Assembly (NCBI GenBank): GCA_013360215.1
Contig: JABWCP010000016.1
Location: forward strand, 1 to 64,000
Length of the DNA: 64,000 bases
Direction of reading: 5' to 3'
Origin: a bacterium
GTDB lineage: Bacteria > CLD3 > SB21
Shown here: one piece after another, positions 18,072 to 28,400 of the stretch
How positions within the stretch are numbered: the stretch's first letter is position 1
Layout: each line of letters begins with the position of its first letter
Notes under the pieces: model-generated
Databases searched by the model: none
Told to the model about the DNA's origin: nothing
The model's input: only the letters and a program-made list of their open reading frames with translations
Position numbers and translations under genes: made by a program

Positions 18072-21000
18072 TTATCGAATATCCGGACCGCTAATCGTAT
18101 ATTTCTCCATGATGACAGCAAATTTCACTGTCTTCTTACCATATCCAGGAGCGTCAACTAACGCAATATACATTCCGCTTGCAACACCATCACCGGTTTC
18201 GTTCAGCAGATCCCATATTTCTGTGCTGGTTTGGGCTGCTGTCGCATCGAAAGTGATATCCAACGGATTGGTATTTAAACGATCGTTGTTGGAACCTGCA
18301 GTATGACGCAACGTGCGCACAAGGTCACCGGCGACAGTAAATATACGGATCGTACATGTACCCGGCAGACCTGTGAATTTGACGCGTTTGTCAAATAAGC
18401 TAGCCTGGTATGTCGAACGGCCGTAGTAAGGATTAGGTACTACAAGAATACCATCCATACCTTTTTTCTTTGCACTGGATGTCGTAGCCGTTTTACCAGC
18501 CGTCGTAGAATAAGTGTATGTATCCGACGGTGTAAGTACGTGATTTACACGGAATTTGAACGTACCATTATCAATCCAGTTGGAGAAGATATTATGACGT
18601 TCTGCTGCCGTGATAGCCGTTCCACCATCTGAGCCGGCACCGCGAGCCGTGACATATAAGCCATGTAACGTCGCCGCATCGGCATCCGGCGCTGAAGAAA
18701 CTGCGTCACCACGATATCCCATCCACATGACAGCGTAGGAAACTTTATCATATGGCGCAGTATAAAAGCCCAGAGCGCGCGTACCGCCGCTATAGGAGTT
18801 GGTGTCAAAGTATGTATAGTTAAAGCGACCGACACCACCTGAAGTGTAAGAATTAACACCGTCCATTGTCCAAGCATCGAATGTATCACGATCGCGGAAG
18901 TTCACTTCGATTTGACGCGGAGCGGTATTACCGTCTGTTTCATCCACTTCGAACACGGAGAAAGGAGCCAACGTAGTATCATTAGAAGCCGCGGTGGAAC
19001 CTGTGCCGTGTTTGTAAATGACCTGCCATCCCGAAGGATCGCGGCTCATCACGATATCAAAGTCACGACGATCCGGTATCTCAACGCCACCGATACCCCA
19101 GAATTCTTCAGTAAACTCAATAACTCCACCAAATTCGGTAAGCCCGCCGGGACCTGACCACCAGCGAGTTTCTTTTCCTAATCCTGTGCGATAAGCACCG
19201 TATTCGTATGAAGAACTCTTCCAACCGCTGGCATCTGTTACTTTGATCATAACGCCATCAACGATGCCGAATTCTTCCTGATCCGGATGACCCGCTTGGG
19301 CAATCGTTGTGTTAAATAAGCGATCATCGTACACATAGTCGCTATCATTAGGAGCGGTCTTATCCGGATTATAAACTCCATTATTATCCACATCCACGTA
19401 CGTATCGGGATTGTCCACAAGATTTGAAAAAGCAACCGTCTGATTCGTTGTCGTATTGATCACGCGATACGCGAGTGTTCCTTCGGCGATACCATGGAGC
19501 GGTTTGCCATCCGCCGAATCATTGGTTGTAAACATTTCGATACGGTAGTTATTACCAGTCACTGCACCGGGATTGACCACTTCGATTTCGACAACGCCGT
19601 CGCTTGGTCCTGCGTGTGTAAGCGTTGAAACTGAACCGTTAAAGTCGTTTCCTGCCACGGCCGCCATCGGCGTAACGGCGGTCACATTGGAGCCCGTTGA
19701 GGTCTCAAGTGAACGCGGCACAACCGCAAACGGGTAAGGTACATTACCCATCAAAGGATCATTAATTAAAACATTGGCTATAGCAATGTAAGGCTGAGCA
19801 TCATATGCCGTAACAGAATAATAATATGTCGTAAGATTGGTTACTTCTTCATCTACATAGCTATAACGCAAACCATTATCAGTGCCCAGGATTATTTCAC
19901 GGCTTGAGAGGGTACCATTGGCATCAAAATACAGCTCCCGAATTCCCGTGATACCGTTATTATCATCATATTGCGCGAGCTGCGTAAAGGAGCCGGGTAA
20001 ACCGGTCAAACTGCGATATACGCGATATCCTTCGAAGTCCATCACACGATAATCTGCGGTATATGGGGTTTCTGGATTCGTGGTACGTATATAGGCTTTA
20101 TTGGGATCGCCGAAATGATCTTCGGAATATTCCGAATTATTTTTCCAAGTTACAACTACTTTTCCGTCCAAACCGGCCAAGGACATTAGAGGTACATCCG
20201 GCGCTGACGGCGCTGCCAAATCCGCATCAAAAATAGTCTGGATCAAGTCATCCGTAGCAAACATTTTAGCTACGGCATTAAGGTTATCTACCGTACTGTT
20301 GGTACGATTTACATTAGCACCGACCACACCGGCCCAAACTTCCTGACGTGCACCGGCAACCACTTCAAACGGGCCTACACCGTGTAGAATACGTTTATCC
20401 GTTGGATTCGCATCAAGGGGGCCGGTCTGCGAAACAGGATCACCAGGGAAGAACCAACCACCATACGAATTTGGGCTAACTGATCCGGCATTAGTCAAGC
20501 CTCTTAATAAGTTATAACGTTCCGTGTTATTATTAGGATCGCCATTGTTATTGTACGTATTAAGCGTCGTAGCGCCAAGCCAAATCGAATCGCCACCTAA
20601 TGTGCGACTAGCTACTAAACCAATATTTTCATCAATAACTTTCACTTTTTTATGACCAGCGTTTTTGACAGCCAAAAAAGGCGAAACACTTGCCGCAGAA
20701 ACTACAGGACCCTGGAAGAAATCAAAACCAACGGCCGAATGAGCATCACTTTCATCAACATTGTATACGAAGCCCAAACCGCGTGAAGAGTCGGAACCGA
20801 TTAAATCGTTGCCCGAATTATCCACATCGGCATCCATCCACAGACCCAAATAAGAATTCGGATAATTTGTGTTGGTTTTGTTGTCAAATATGAACTTCAA
20901 AAAGACGCCATCGCCCGCATCACCGCGATCGGCTAATACGATGGATTCGAGGGTAATTTGAATACCAAGACCGGCATAGGGACTGGAGGTTGTACCTTCC

Positions 21001-21614
21001 TGGCTCAGTGTGGTATCCAAATCATTGAAAACAGCCCACGTAATGCCTACACCGCCAGAGGAATATAAGTAGGGATCACCTGATGAAGTTTTATCACCAG
21101 GCCATGCTAGCCAATCCGCATTGTTTTCACTGGAGGCGTCTCCAGATTTCTCGTCAATATAGTATACTTTATATTCAGGAAGCAGCGGATCCGCAGCTGT
21201 CAACTGTTCAAATGGAACGTTGGAGTTCGTGATCGGACCAGGTTGAAACTCCGTTCCAAACTGAGTCTCAGACACAACCGGTACACCATTCTTGATAGTA
21301 CCCAACCATGCACCGGCTGCGAACACGATGGTGACATTACTTCCCTGAGGGAATTCGCCTCCTGCGTTATTACCATTTTCGTCGGCATCCGGCGAATCAT
21401 ACATAAAGGAACCTTGATTACGCATTACGTAATTCCAATTCGTTCCTTTACGTTTAACAAATATAATGTCCACAATATCCGGTTTACGTAATTTCATTTT
21501 AAGACGCGTATTCGCATCTACTTTTGCAATACTTGCAGTATTCATCGTTGCTATTAAGGCGACTACCGCCGCAACGACTACCGCAGGTATTACTATCCAC
21601 TTTTTCATACTCAT
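18072..21614 (-). CDS. Large secreted protein with FN3-like module and T9SS/FlgD-Ig-like C-terminal sorting domain
   Basis: Signal peptide; V.VTW..DFEGYRVYRS..YSYVD..YYYSVTAYD (FN3-like); C-terminal VVPNPY..IRIFTVAGDLVRTL..WDL.N..G..VASGMYIALV..K..KFAVI. Confidence 0.8.
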   Translation of the reverse strand: MSMKKWIVIPAVVVAAVVALIATMNTASIAKVDANTRLKMKLRKPDIVDIIFVKRKGTNWNYVMRNQGSFMYDSPDADENGNNAGGEFPQGSNVTIVFAAGAWLGTIKNGVPVVSETQFGTEFQPGPITNSNVPFEQLTAADPLLPEYKVYYIDEKSGDASSENNADWLAWPGDKTSSGDPYLYSSGGVGITWAVFNDLDTTLSQEGTTSSPYAGLGIQITLESIVLADRGDAGDGVFLKFIFDNKTNTNYPNSYLGLWMDADVDNSGNDLIGSDSSRGLGFVYNVDESDAHSAVGFDFFQGPVVSAASVSPFLAVKNAGHKKVKVIDENIGLVASRTLGGDSIWLGATTLNTYNNNGDPNNNTERYNLLRGLTNAGSVSPNSYGGWFFPGDPVSQTGPLDANPTDKRILHGVGPFEVVAGARQEVWAGVVGANVNRTNSTVDNLNAVAKMFATDDLIQTIFDADLAAPSAPDVPLMSLAGLDGKVVVTWKNNSEYSEDHFGDPNKAYIRTTNPETPYTADYRVMDFEGYRVYRSLTGLPGSFTQLAQYDDNNGITGIRELYFDANGTLSSREIILGTDNGLRYSYVDEEVTNLTTYYYSVTAYDAQPYIAIANVLINDPLMGNVPYPFAVVPRSLETSTGSNVTAVTPMAAVAGNDFNGSVSTLTHAGPSDGVVEIEVVNPGAVTGNNYRIEMFTTNDSADGKPLHGIAEGTLAYRVINTTTNQTVAFSNLVDNPDTYVDVDNNGVYNPDKTAPNDSDYVYDDRLFNTTIAQAGHPDQEEFGIVDGVMIKVTDASGWKSSSYEYGAYRTGLGKETRWWSGPGGLTEFGGVIEFTEEFWGIGGVEIPDRRDFDIVMSRDPSGWQVIYKHGTGSTAASNDTTLAPFSVFEVDETDGNTAPRQIEVNFRDRDTFDAWTMDGVNSYTSGGVGRFNYTYFDTNSYSGGTRALGFYTAPYDKVSYAVMWMGYRGDAVSSAPDADAATLHGLYVTARGAGSDGGTAITAAERHNIFSNWIDNGTFKFRVNHVLTPSDTYTYSTTAGKTATTSSAKKKGMDGILVVPNPYYGRSTYQASLFDKRVKFTGLPGTCTIRIFTVAGDLVRTLRHTAGSNNDRLNTNPLDITFDATAAQTSTEIWDLLNETGDGVASGMYIALVDAPGYGKKTVKFAVIMEKYTISGPDIR

Positions 21615-21696
21615 TGTATAACTCCTGTATTTGATAACTATCTTCGCTTGTAATATAGAGGGTGCTTTCGGATGAAAGCACCCTCCGGATCATACA

Positions 21697-24633
21697 TTAG
21701 AAATTGAAGATAACGCCAAGACGTGCTTGACGGGGTGTATCCCAACTAAAGCCATCATGATGATTGACATCATATTGTGGCAATCTACGTGCTTTTTCTA
21801 CTTTTGAATAGTCGTTCCATTCAGGCGAATTGATAAAACCTGAATCATCAGCACGACCACTACTTGCAAATACCGTGTTCACGTTTTTACGATCAAGAAG
21901 GTTTAACACTTGGACGTAAAGATTGACATTCATGTTCTCATTGATATAAAACGTCTTATCCGCTTTCATATCAATGCGGAATGTCCACGGTGAGCTTTGT
22001 GAATTACGGCGTGCTGTAGCATTACCTGCCGGTACACCAGTTTGCTGGATCGCTACTACCGTCGTCGGAGTATACGGGAAACCACTACCAGCGGACACGA
22101 GGAAGTTTAGTCCTGCATTCTCAATGATATTCATACCTCCTACGGACGGGCCCTCACCTTTACCATTACGCACATCTACATTGGCATTAATGTTGTGACG
22201 TTGATCAAAATTCAAAGGGGCATTAAAACGGGCCGTGTTGAATCCAAGCCAGGAAGCACGGAAATTAGAATTTGTTCCCGAACCTGACCCTGTAGCTGTC
22301 TGCAGAGTATAAGCCAAACGACCGGAGAATTTACCTATACGACGGGCCTCAAGTGAAATATTCACGCCCTGTATAACGCCGGCATCCTCGTTATCATAGA
22401 TGATTAATCCATTGGGTATCGAAGTGATCGGGCTTGAATTCACAAGATCCGTAATATCCTTGTAGTATGCTCCGACGTCAAGTGCTACCTTATCACTCAA
22501 CGCACGGCGAAGTCCGACTTCATATTGTGTGCTCTTTTCAGCTTGAAGATTGGGATTTCCCAATGTCGTTGCAAACGGAGCATTTAACGATTGTTTTTCG
22601 AGAAATGCCGGGGAAACATACAAATCTTGCAAATTTGGCTGTTGGAAGAATCTACCATAGCTCATACGGAACTGCGTTTTTTCAGAAATCGGGAAGCTGA
22701 TCGAAAAACGCGGAGAAATACGATGGTCTGTCTTAGCTGAAGTATAGTCTTCTGAGCCTAAAACTTGATCAGCACCGGTAGGATTACCTAGATCTTTAAC
22801 ACGTTTCACACCGGGGTTAAACGCGTCATAACGAATACCAGCACGCAATACTAATCCTTCGTATTCTAGTTTGTCTTGAACAAACGTCGAGAAACTTGTC
22901 GGATGCGGAGGTCCCATAATCGGAGTTTCCGCATTTAGATTATCAGAATTAACCTTCTTAAATTTGATTTTGCCAGATGAAGTGACATAGCCTTTGTATC
23001 CGATGTTATCATTGGAACCTGTAACCGGATTGTCAATATCAAGGATATTCAAATAACGAATCGTGTGATAAAAATAATCCGCACCAATTTTGATCTGATT
23101 GTGCTTATCCAATTGGTTGGTATAGTTGGCTTTGAACGCAATATACTGGTCATCATCACGACGATAATTGAGTATGCCGTTATTCGGATCAAAAAGGAGA
23201 TTATCCGCTTCGTACGTTCTAAAACCTGTTGAACCTTTTTGACGATCCGCATATTCACCCACATTATCAAACTCAAGAAAATCATTCATGAGCTTACGGG
23301 TATTGGAAAAATAGTTGATCCCCAAATCAAAAAAGCTGTTTTGATCCATAGTATAGGTTGCTATAGTACCTACGTTTAGGTTTTGAATCTCACGGCGAAG
23401 ATTGTCGGCGAGAGACAACGTTCTGGCAACCGTATTGCTACGGCGGACCGTATTACTATAATTACCCGATACGTCAATTCGCAGTTTGTTCGGCATTACG
23501 TCAAAGGTTAACTTGGCTTGAAGGTTTGTTCCTCTATCGGAATTAATACCCGCGCCGGAAAGACCGTCAGGACGTGCACCTTTTTTATATTTTACATTGC
23601 CGTTTTTGTCAGTTTTCCAAATAACGGTATCAATCGGTACTTTAGGCGTACTACTAGGCGTATCACCATCACCATCATGGTCATACAAACGGGCACCTTT
23701 TTCAAGTTCAAACTCAGGATAGCCCCAAACACTAGGTTCCGCATCATCTATTTCACGCACTTCACCGGAAACAAAGAACCGAATCATGTTATTATTCGGA
23801 ATCAACGGTCCACCGAAACCCGCACTCAACACTTTATAACCATAGGTTTCCGCAATACCGAGACCGGCCGGATCACCGACAGCTTCGATATTACCGCTAT
23901 AACGTTGCGAGCCTGATTTCGTTGTCACTTGAATAATACCCGATTGATTACGTCCGTATTCCGCATCAAAACCACCAGTAATCACTTGCACTTCTTCCAC
24001 GGCACCCGAAGGTACATTGGCATTGGAAGTACCGGTCAAAAGGTTGTTTTGTTGGAAACCGTCCATATATACACCGGTTTCAGACGAACGACCGCCGCGA
24101 ACATTGACATTGGCAGTACCACCGTCAAGGTTACGGGTATTGCTGACCACGATACCGACGCCAAGGTTAGCCGCCGCCTGGAAACCACGAACCGGCAGGT
24201 TCTTGATTTCTTCAGCCGTCGTAACGGACATCGTCATGGTTTGATCTTTTTGGATCAAAGGACGCTCGGCAACAACTACCTGCTCTTCGCCAGATACCGA
24301 CGTAGCAGAAATTTCGAAGTCCAAACGTGTCGTAAAGTCCGGAATCACACGGACGTTTTGTTTGGTCAACTTCGTGTAACCGATCATGCTTGTGGCCACC
24401 GTATAAACACCGGCGGGAACGTTGAGGATCGTGTACTCACCTTTGGCGTTGGTCGTTGCGCCCATGGAAGTACCCTCGATCAGGATATTCACACCCGGAA
24501 GTGCGTCACCCGATTCCTTGTCTTTTACCACACCGGTGATCTTGCCCGTATTACCTGCAAACAGGTACATCGGAAGCAAGAACACCATTGTTGCCACCAG
24601 CAACAATCGTTTTAGTCTCGTACTACCAGACAT
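21697..24633 (-). CDS. TonB-dependent receptor with N-terminal CarboxypepD_reg-like domain
   Basis: GKITGVV.D..G..LPGVNI..G..Y.I.NVPAG; plug motifs VRGGR..E..GGFDAEYG..SGII..TTK; NPNL.AEK..YEVG; C-terminal PRQARLGVIFNF. Start set at ATG 24633 (GGAGGA SD, signal peptide); the frame stays open to 24717. Confidence 0.93.
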   Translation of the reverse strand: MSGSTRLKRLLLVATMVFLLPMYLFAGNTGKITGVVKDKESGDALPGVNILIEGTSMGATTNAKGEYTILNVPAGVYTVATSMIGYTKLTKQNVRVIPDFTTRLDFEISATSVSGEEQVVVAERPLIQKDQTMTMSVTTAEEIKNLPVRGFQAAANLGVGIVVSNTRNLDGGTANVNVRGGRSSETGVYMDGFQQNNLLTGTSNANVPSGAVEEVQVITGGFDAEYGRNQSGIIQVTTKSGSQRYSGNIEAVGDPAGLGIAETYGYKVLSAGFGGPLIPNNNMIRFFVSGEVREIDDAEPSVWGYPEFELEKGARLYDHDGDGDTPSSTPKVPIDTVIWKTDKNGNVKYKKGARPDGLSGAGINSDRGTNLQAKLTFDVMPNKLRIDVSGNYSNTVRRSNTVARTLSLADNLRREIQNLNVGTIATYTMDQNSFFDLGINYFSNTRKLMNDFLEFDNVGEYADRQKGSTGFRTYEADNLLFDPNNGILNYRRDDDQYIAFKANYTNQLDKHNQIKIGADYFYHTIRYLNILDIDNPVTGSNDNIGYKGYVTSSGKIKFKKVNSDNLNAETPIMGPPHPTSFSTFVQDKLEYEGLVLRAGIRYDAFNPGVKRVKDLGNPTGADQVLGSEDYTSAKTDHRISPRFSISFPISEKTQFRMSYGRFFQQPNLQDLYVSPAFLEKQSLNAPFATTLGNPNLQAEKSTQYEVGLRRALSDKVALDVGAYYKDITDLVNSSPITSIPNGLIIYDNEDAGVIQGVNISLEARRIGKFSGRLAYTLQTATGSGSGTNSNFRASWLGFNTARFNAPLNFDQRHNINANVDVRNGKGEGPSVGGMNIIENAGLNFLVSAGSGFPYTPTTVVAIQQTGVPAGNATARRNSQSSPWTFRIDMKADKTFYINENMNVNLYVQVLNLLDRKNVNTVFASSGRADDSGFINSPEWNDYSKVEKARRLPQYDVNHHDGFSWDTPRQARLGVIFNF

Positions 24634-24994
24634 AATGTCCTCCTTCTGTTGGTTATTAAGAGCGTGTACGATGAATGAATTTTTTTCGATAAGTTTAGTA
24701 ATCATATCTTTTCTCATTTACCTCCTTTGTAAATGCACATAGATAAGAAATGTGTTTTTCCGACTTGACATCTGCTTCTGAGATTAATTCGACCTACCCT
24801 TTCGTTTTTTTGTGAAAGAATCAGCACTACGGTTACAAGCGTGCCGCCCTCTCCTTCACATCATACTCAAGGATACTGCTTTCAGAGAACAGTTTTAAGA
24901 GAACGTTATTAAAAAGATTTGTTTACAACCCGGCAACAAGCTTTTTGAAAAGACTAGGGACACTTATTGCACAAGATAAGGTTTTACAATAAAC

Positions 24995-25023
24995 AATATA
25001 GGCGGCCTTAAAATTATTGTCAA
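24995..25023 (-). promoter_or_regulatory. Strong sigma70-type promoter for the TBDR operon
   Basis: TTGACA-17 nt-TATATT on the minus strand. Confidence 0.7.
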
Positions 25024-25310
25024 GCTTTTTTTGGGAACCCGGTTTTACTTGGTTTTAAGACCACGATGGGCACTTTGAGCTAATCAATAAAACCTTAATA
25101 CCTAGATAATATTCCCGCCCTAATTACAAAACTACCGAAAAAACGAAAGAAATAAGTTTTCCACCCCCTTCTAAATTTTTTAAATTTTTTCATTCATACG
25201 TAGAATCCGGACATGACACGCTCTTTTCATGCACATATCCGCAATACCGGTACCGTAATAATAGAAGTACGATGCGTTGTGGTTTTATTACAAAGTTTTT
25301 TAAAAAGATT

Positions 25311-25339
25311 TTGCGCCAACACGATTTAATCTATATATT
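25311..25339 (+). promoter_or_regulatory. Putative smc promoter
   Basis: TTGCGC-17 nt-TATATT. Confidence 0.5.
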
Positions 25340-25491
25340 AGCCGCCCCAAAGCGAAATGATACGCTTTTTCGTGTTATTTAGTATGGATATACTATAATA
25401 ATACAGTGCTAGTTTACTAAAAGATGATTTCCTGATTAACAGGAAACTTATTTAAATTTTGATTTTGTTAGGCTTATAAGGAAATAACGGC

Positions 25492-28400
25492 ATGTATTTG
25501 TCACGGCTTGAAGTTTTCGGTTTTAAAACATTTGCGCAGAAAGTGGATCTTCGTTTTGACGAGGGTATCACCAATATCGTCGGCCCCAACGGCTGTGGTA
25601 AGTCCAACGTCGTAGATGCCCTCCGCTGGTCACTCGGTGAACAAAAAGCCAGTATCCTGCGTTCCGAAAAAATGGAAAACGTCATTTTTAACGGAACCAA
25701 ACAACGTAAGCCCCTCAATTTTGCCGAAGTCAGTCTGACCATACAGAACACCAAAGGTATCCTGCCGACGGAATATACCGAAGTCACGATCACCCGTCGG
25801 ATATACCGATCCGGTGAAAGCGAATATTTCCTAAACCGCCTCCCTTGCCGCCTCAAAGATATCAATGATCTTTTTATGGATACCGGTATGGGCGCGGACG
25901 CGTACTCCGTGATAGAGCTCAAGATGGTCGAACAAATCTTGTCCGATAAAACGGAAGACCGCCGGAAAATGTTCGAAGAAGCGGCGGGCATTACCAAATA
26001 TAAAATTCGTCGTCGTCAGACGTTTAACAAACTGCAAACGACCAAACTCGATCTCAACCGCGCCAACGATATCATCGTCGAAATCGAAAAAAAGGTCAAT
26101 TCCCTCAAACGCCAAACTCAAAAAGCCAAGCGCCACATGAAACTGTCCGCCCGTCTCAAATTGGCGGAAGTCCAACTGGCGCATCATGAATACCAAAAGT
26201 TTGCCGCGCAACTGGCGCCGATGGCCGAAAAACTGGAAAACCTCGAGTTTGTCGCCGAACAAATGCTGGGCGAAATTTCCAAAAAAGAAGCCGAAGTCGA
26301 GGCCATGAATACCGGCCTGATCGAGCGCGAACAAAGTTTACGTGCGATCCAACTGCAACTCGAAGAGCAGGATAAAAAAATCAAAACAATCGAGGATGAA
26401 ATCCTCGTCAGCCGCGAGCGCAAAAAAAATCTTGAAGCGATGATAGGTCGCTATGCAGAAGAAAAAACCGCATTGGAAGCCAAGCGCGAACAACTGCAAG
26501 CCCGCATCACCGAACTCTCCGCGACGCTCGCCGATTTGGAATCGCAATACAACGGTATGTCCGGAACCGTCGAAGCCAAAAAAACGGAAATGCTGGAGTT
26601 TGACCAGCAGATACAAGCCAAACGTACCGAACTGGATACCGTACGTAAACAATCCGTACAACTCATCGACGAAGTGGCTAAAAAACGCAATGCGTTTCAA
26701 CTCACTAAAAACAATATCCAGAATATCGAACGCAAAATCGCCGATCTGCATCGCGAAGGCGAATTTCATAACACCTCATCCGAAGACGCGATCAGCGCGC
26801 TGGATGAAAAACGCTATGAAAAGAAAAAACTCGGCGAACAAGTTGAAGCGTTGCGTAATAAAATAACGGCTGACCAATCGGCTTTAGATACGCTTCGCCA
26901 TACACTGGACGATTTGCGCTCTAAAAAGCTGCATGATGAGGCCGAAATCAAAGCGCTGCATGCCAAGATGGCTATTATTCAAAAAGCCATCGAAAATCAT
27001 GAAGGGTTTCCCGAAAGCGTTCAGTATATCCTATCTTCCAAACCGTCCGGCATTCAAGCAACGGTCGCCGATATGATCGCGACGGATGATACGTACAAAA
27101 AAGCAATCGAAACTGCACTCGGCGATTCCTTCGCCTACCTTGTGGCCGGCGGAAGTGATCACGTGCACGACGCGCTGACCCAGCTCAATACCAACAAAAA
27201 AGGCAGTGCGACATTCCTCAATCGTCAAAAAATCGGGCAATTCAAACCTGCTTTTGAAGCCGAAGCACTTGCTTCCGTACGCGGCGAGATCATCGGAATG
27301 GCTACCGAACTGGTGCGATGTGATGATCCGGCAATGGCGCGTCTGCTTTTGAGCGATGTGGTGATCGTCGAAAATTTTGAAAAAGCAACGCGGCTTGCCG
27401 ATCAATTTCCCGCTGTACGTTTCGTCACATTGCAAGGTGAAATCGTCAAAGGCAATTATCTCATCAAAGGCGGCGGTACCGTCAAATCATCCGATAGCCT
27501 TATCGGTCAACGCGAAGCTTTGAATAAACTGCAGGATCAGTTATCCCAATACGAAGCCTCCGTTCGCCGTTATCAGGACGAACTGCAGACTACCGACACT
27601 ACGCTGCGCGAACTCACCCAGACGATCGCAAATAATCAAAATCTTCTGAAGAATACTGAGCAAAAATTTGTCGCTCTGGAAAAAGAAATAGCCCAATCCG
27701 AATACGAACAAAAACGTTCTCGTGAATCCTTGACACGCAATGAGGATGCGCTTCTGCAAGCGCAGCGTGAGATGGAAGCGTTTCAGCTTACCATCGAAGA
27801 TATGGGGCCTGAAATGGATGAACTCGAAGGCCGGCGCGGTTCGCTCGAACTTGAAACCCGGCGCATGGAACAACAGCTCGCCGAACTGGAAAAGCAGCGG
27901 CGCGAACGTTCCGAAGGATTCAACGAAATGATTTCATCCTTTCTCCGTATGGAAGGAGAAATCAAAACAAACCGCAACAATATCGAATCCAGCCGCACAC
28001 AAATTGCAGATATTGAAGCAACCATTCTTCGTCGCGAAGAAGAAACTGTCGCCGCTGAAAATGAAATTGCCCGTATGGGTGACGTTTTCACCGAACGCGA
28101 AGGCGAACTCATCACTCTTTCGCGTGAACGCGACGTGATCGAACGCAACCGCGATGCCGAAGGTACCGAAGTCGCCCGTCTGCGTGAAACGACCGGAAAA
28201 ATAGAAGCCGAGTTGAAAAAAATGCGCCGTCAGCGCGAAGAATTCCTCAACTCACGCCATACCATGGAGCAAGAAACGACCAATCTTCGTTTTGAACTTC
28301 GTGCGCTGGAAGAACGCATCAAACGCGATCACGATTTTGACTTGACCAAAGACTCCATCGAAATACTGATCCTCAGTACGGAACCCGGCAGTAAAGAAGA

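Noticed and set aside
24720-24990. Known riboswitch (cobalamin, TPP, c-di-GMP) ahead of the TBDR
   Set aside because: Hallmark motifs (B12 box, UGAGA/CCUGAU, GGAAAC-type GEMM core) not found; kept only as an unknown leader.
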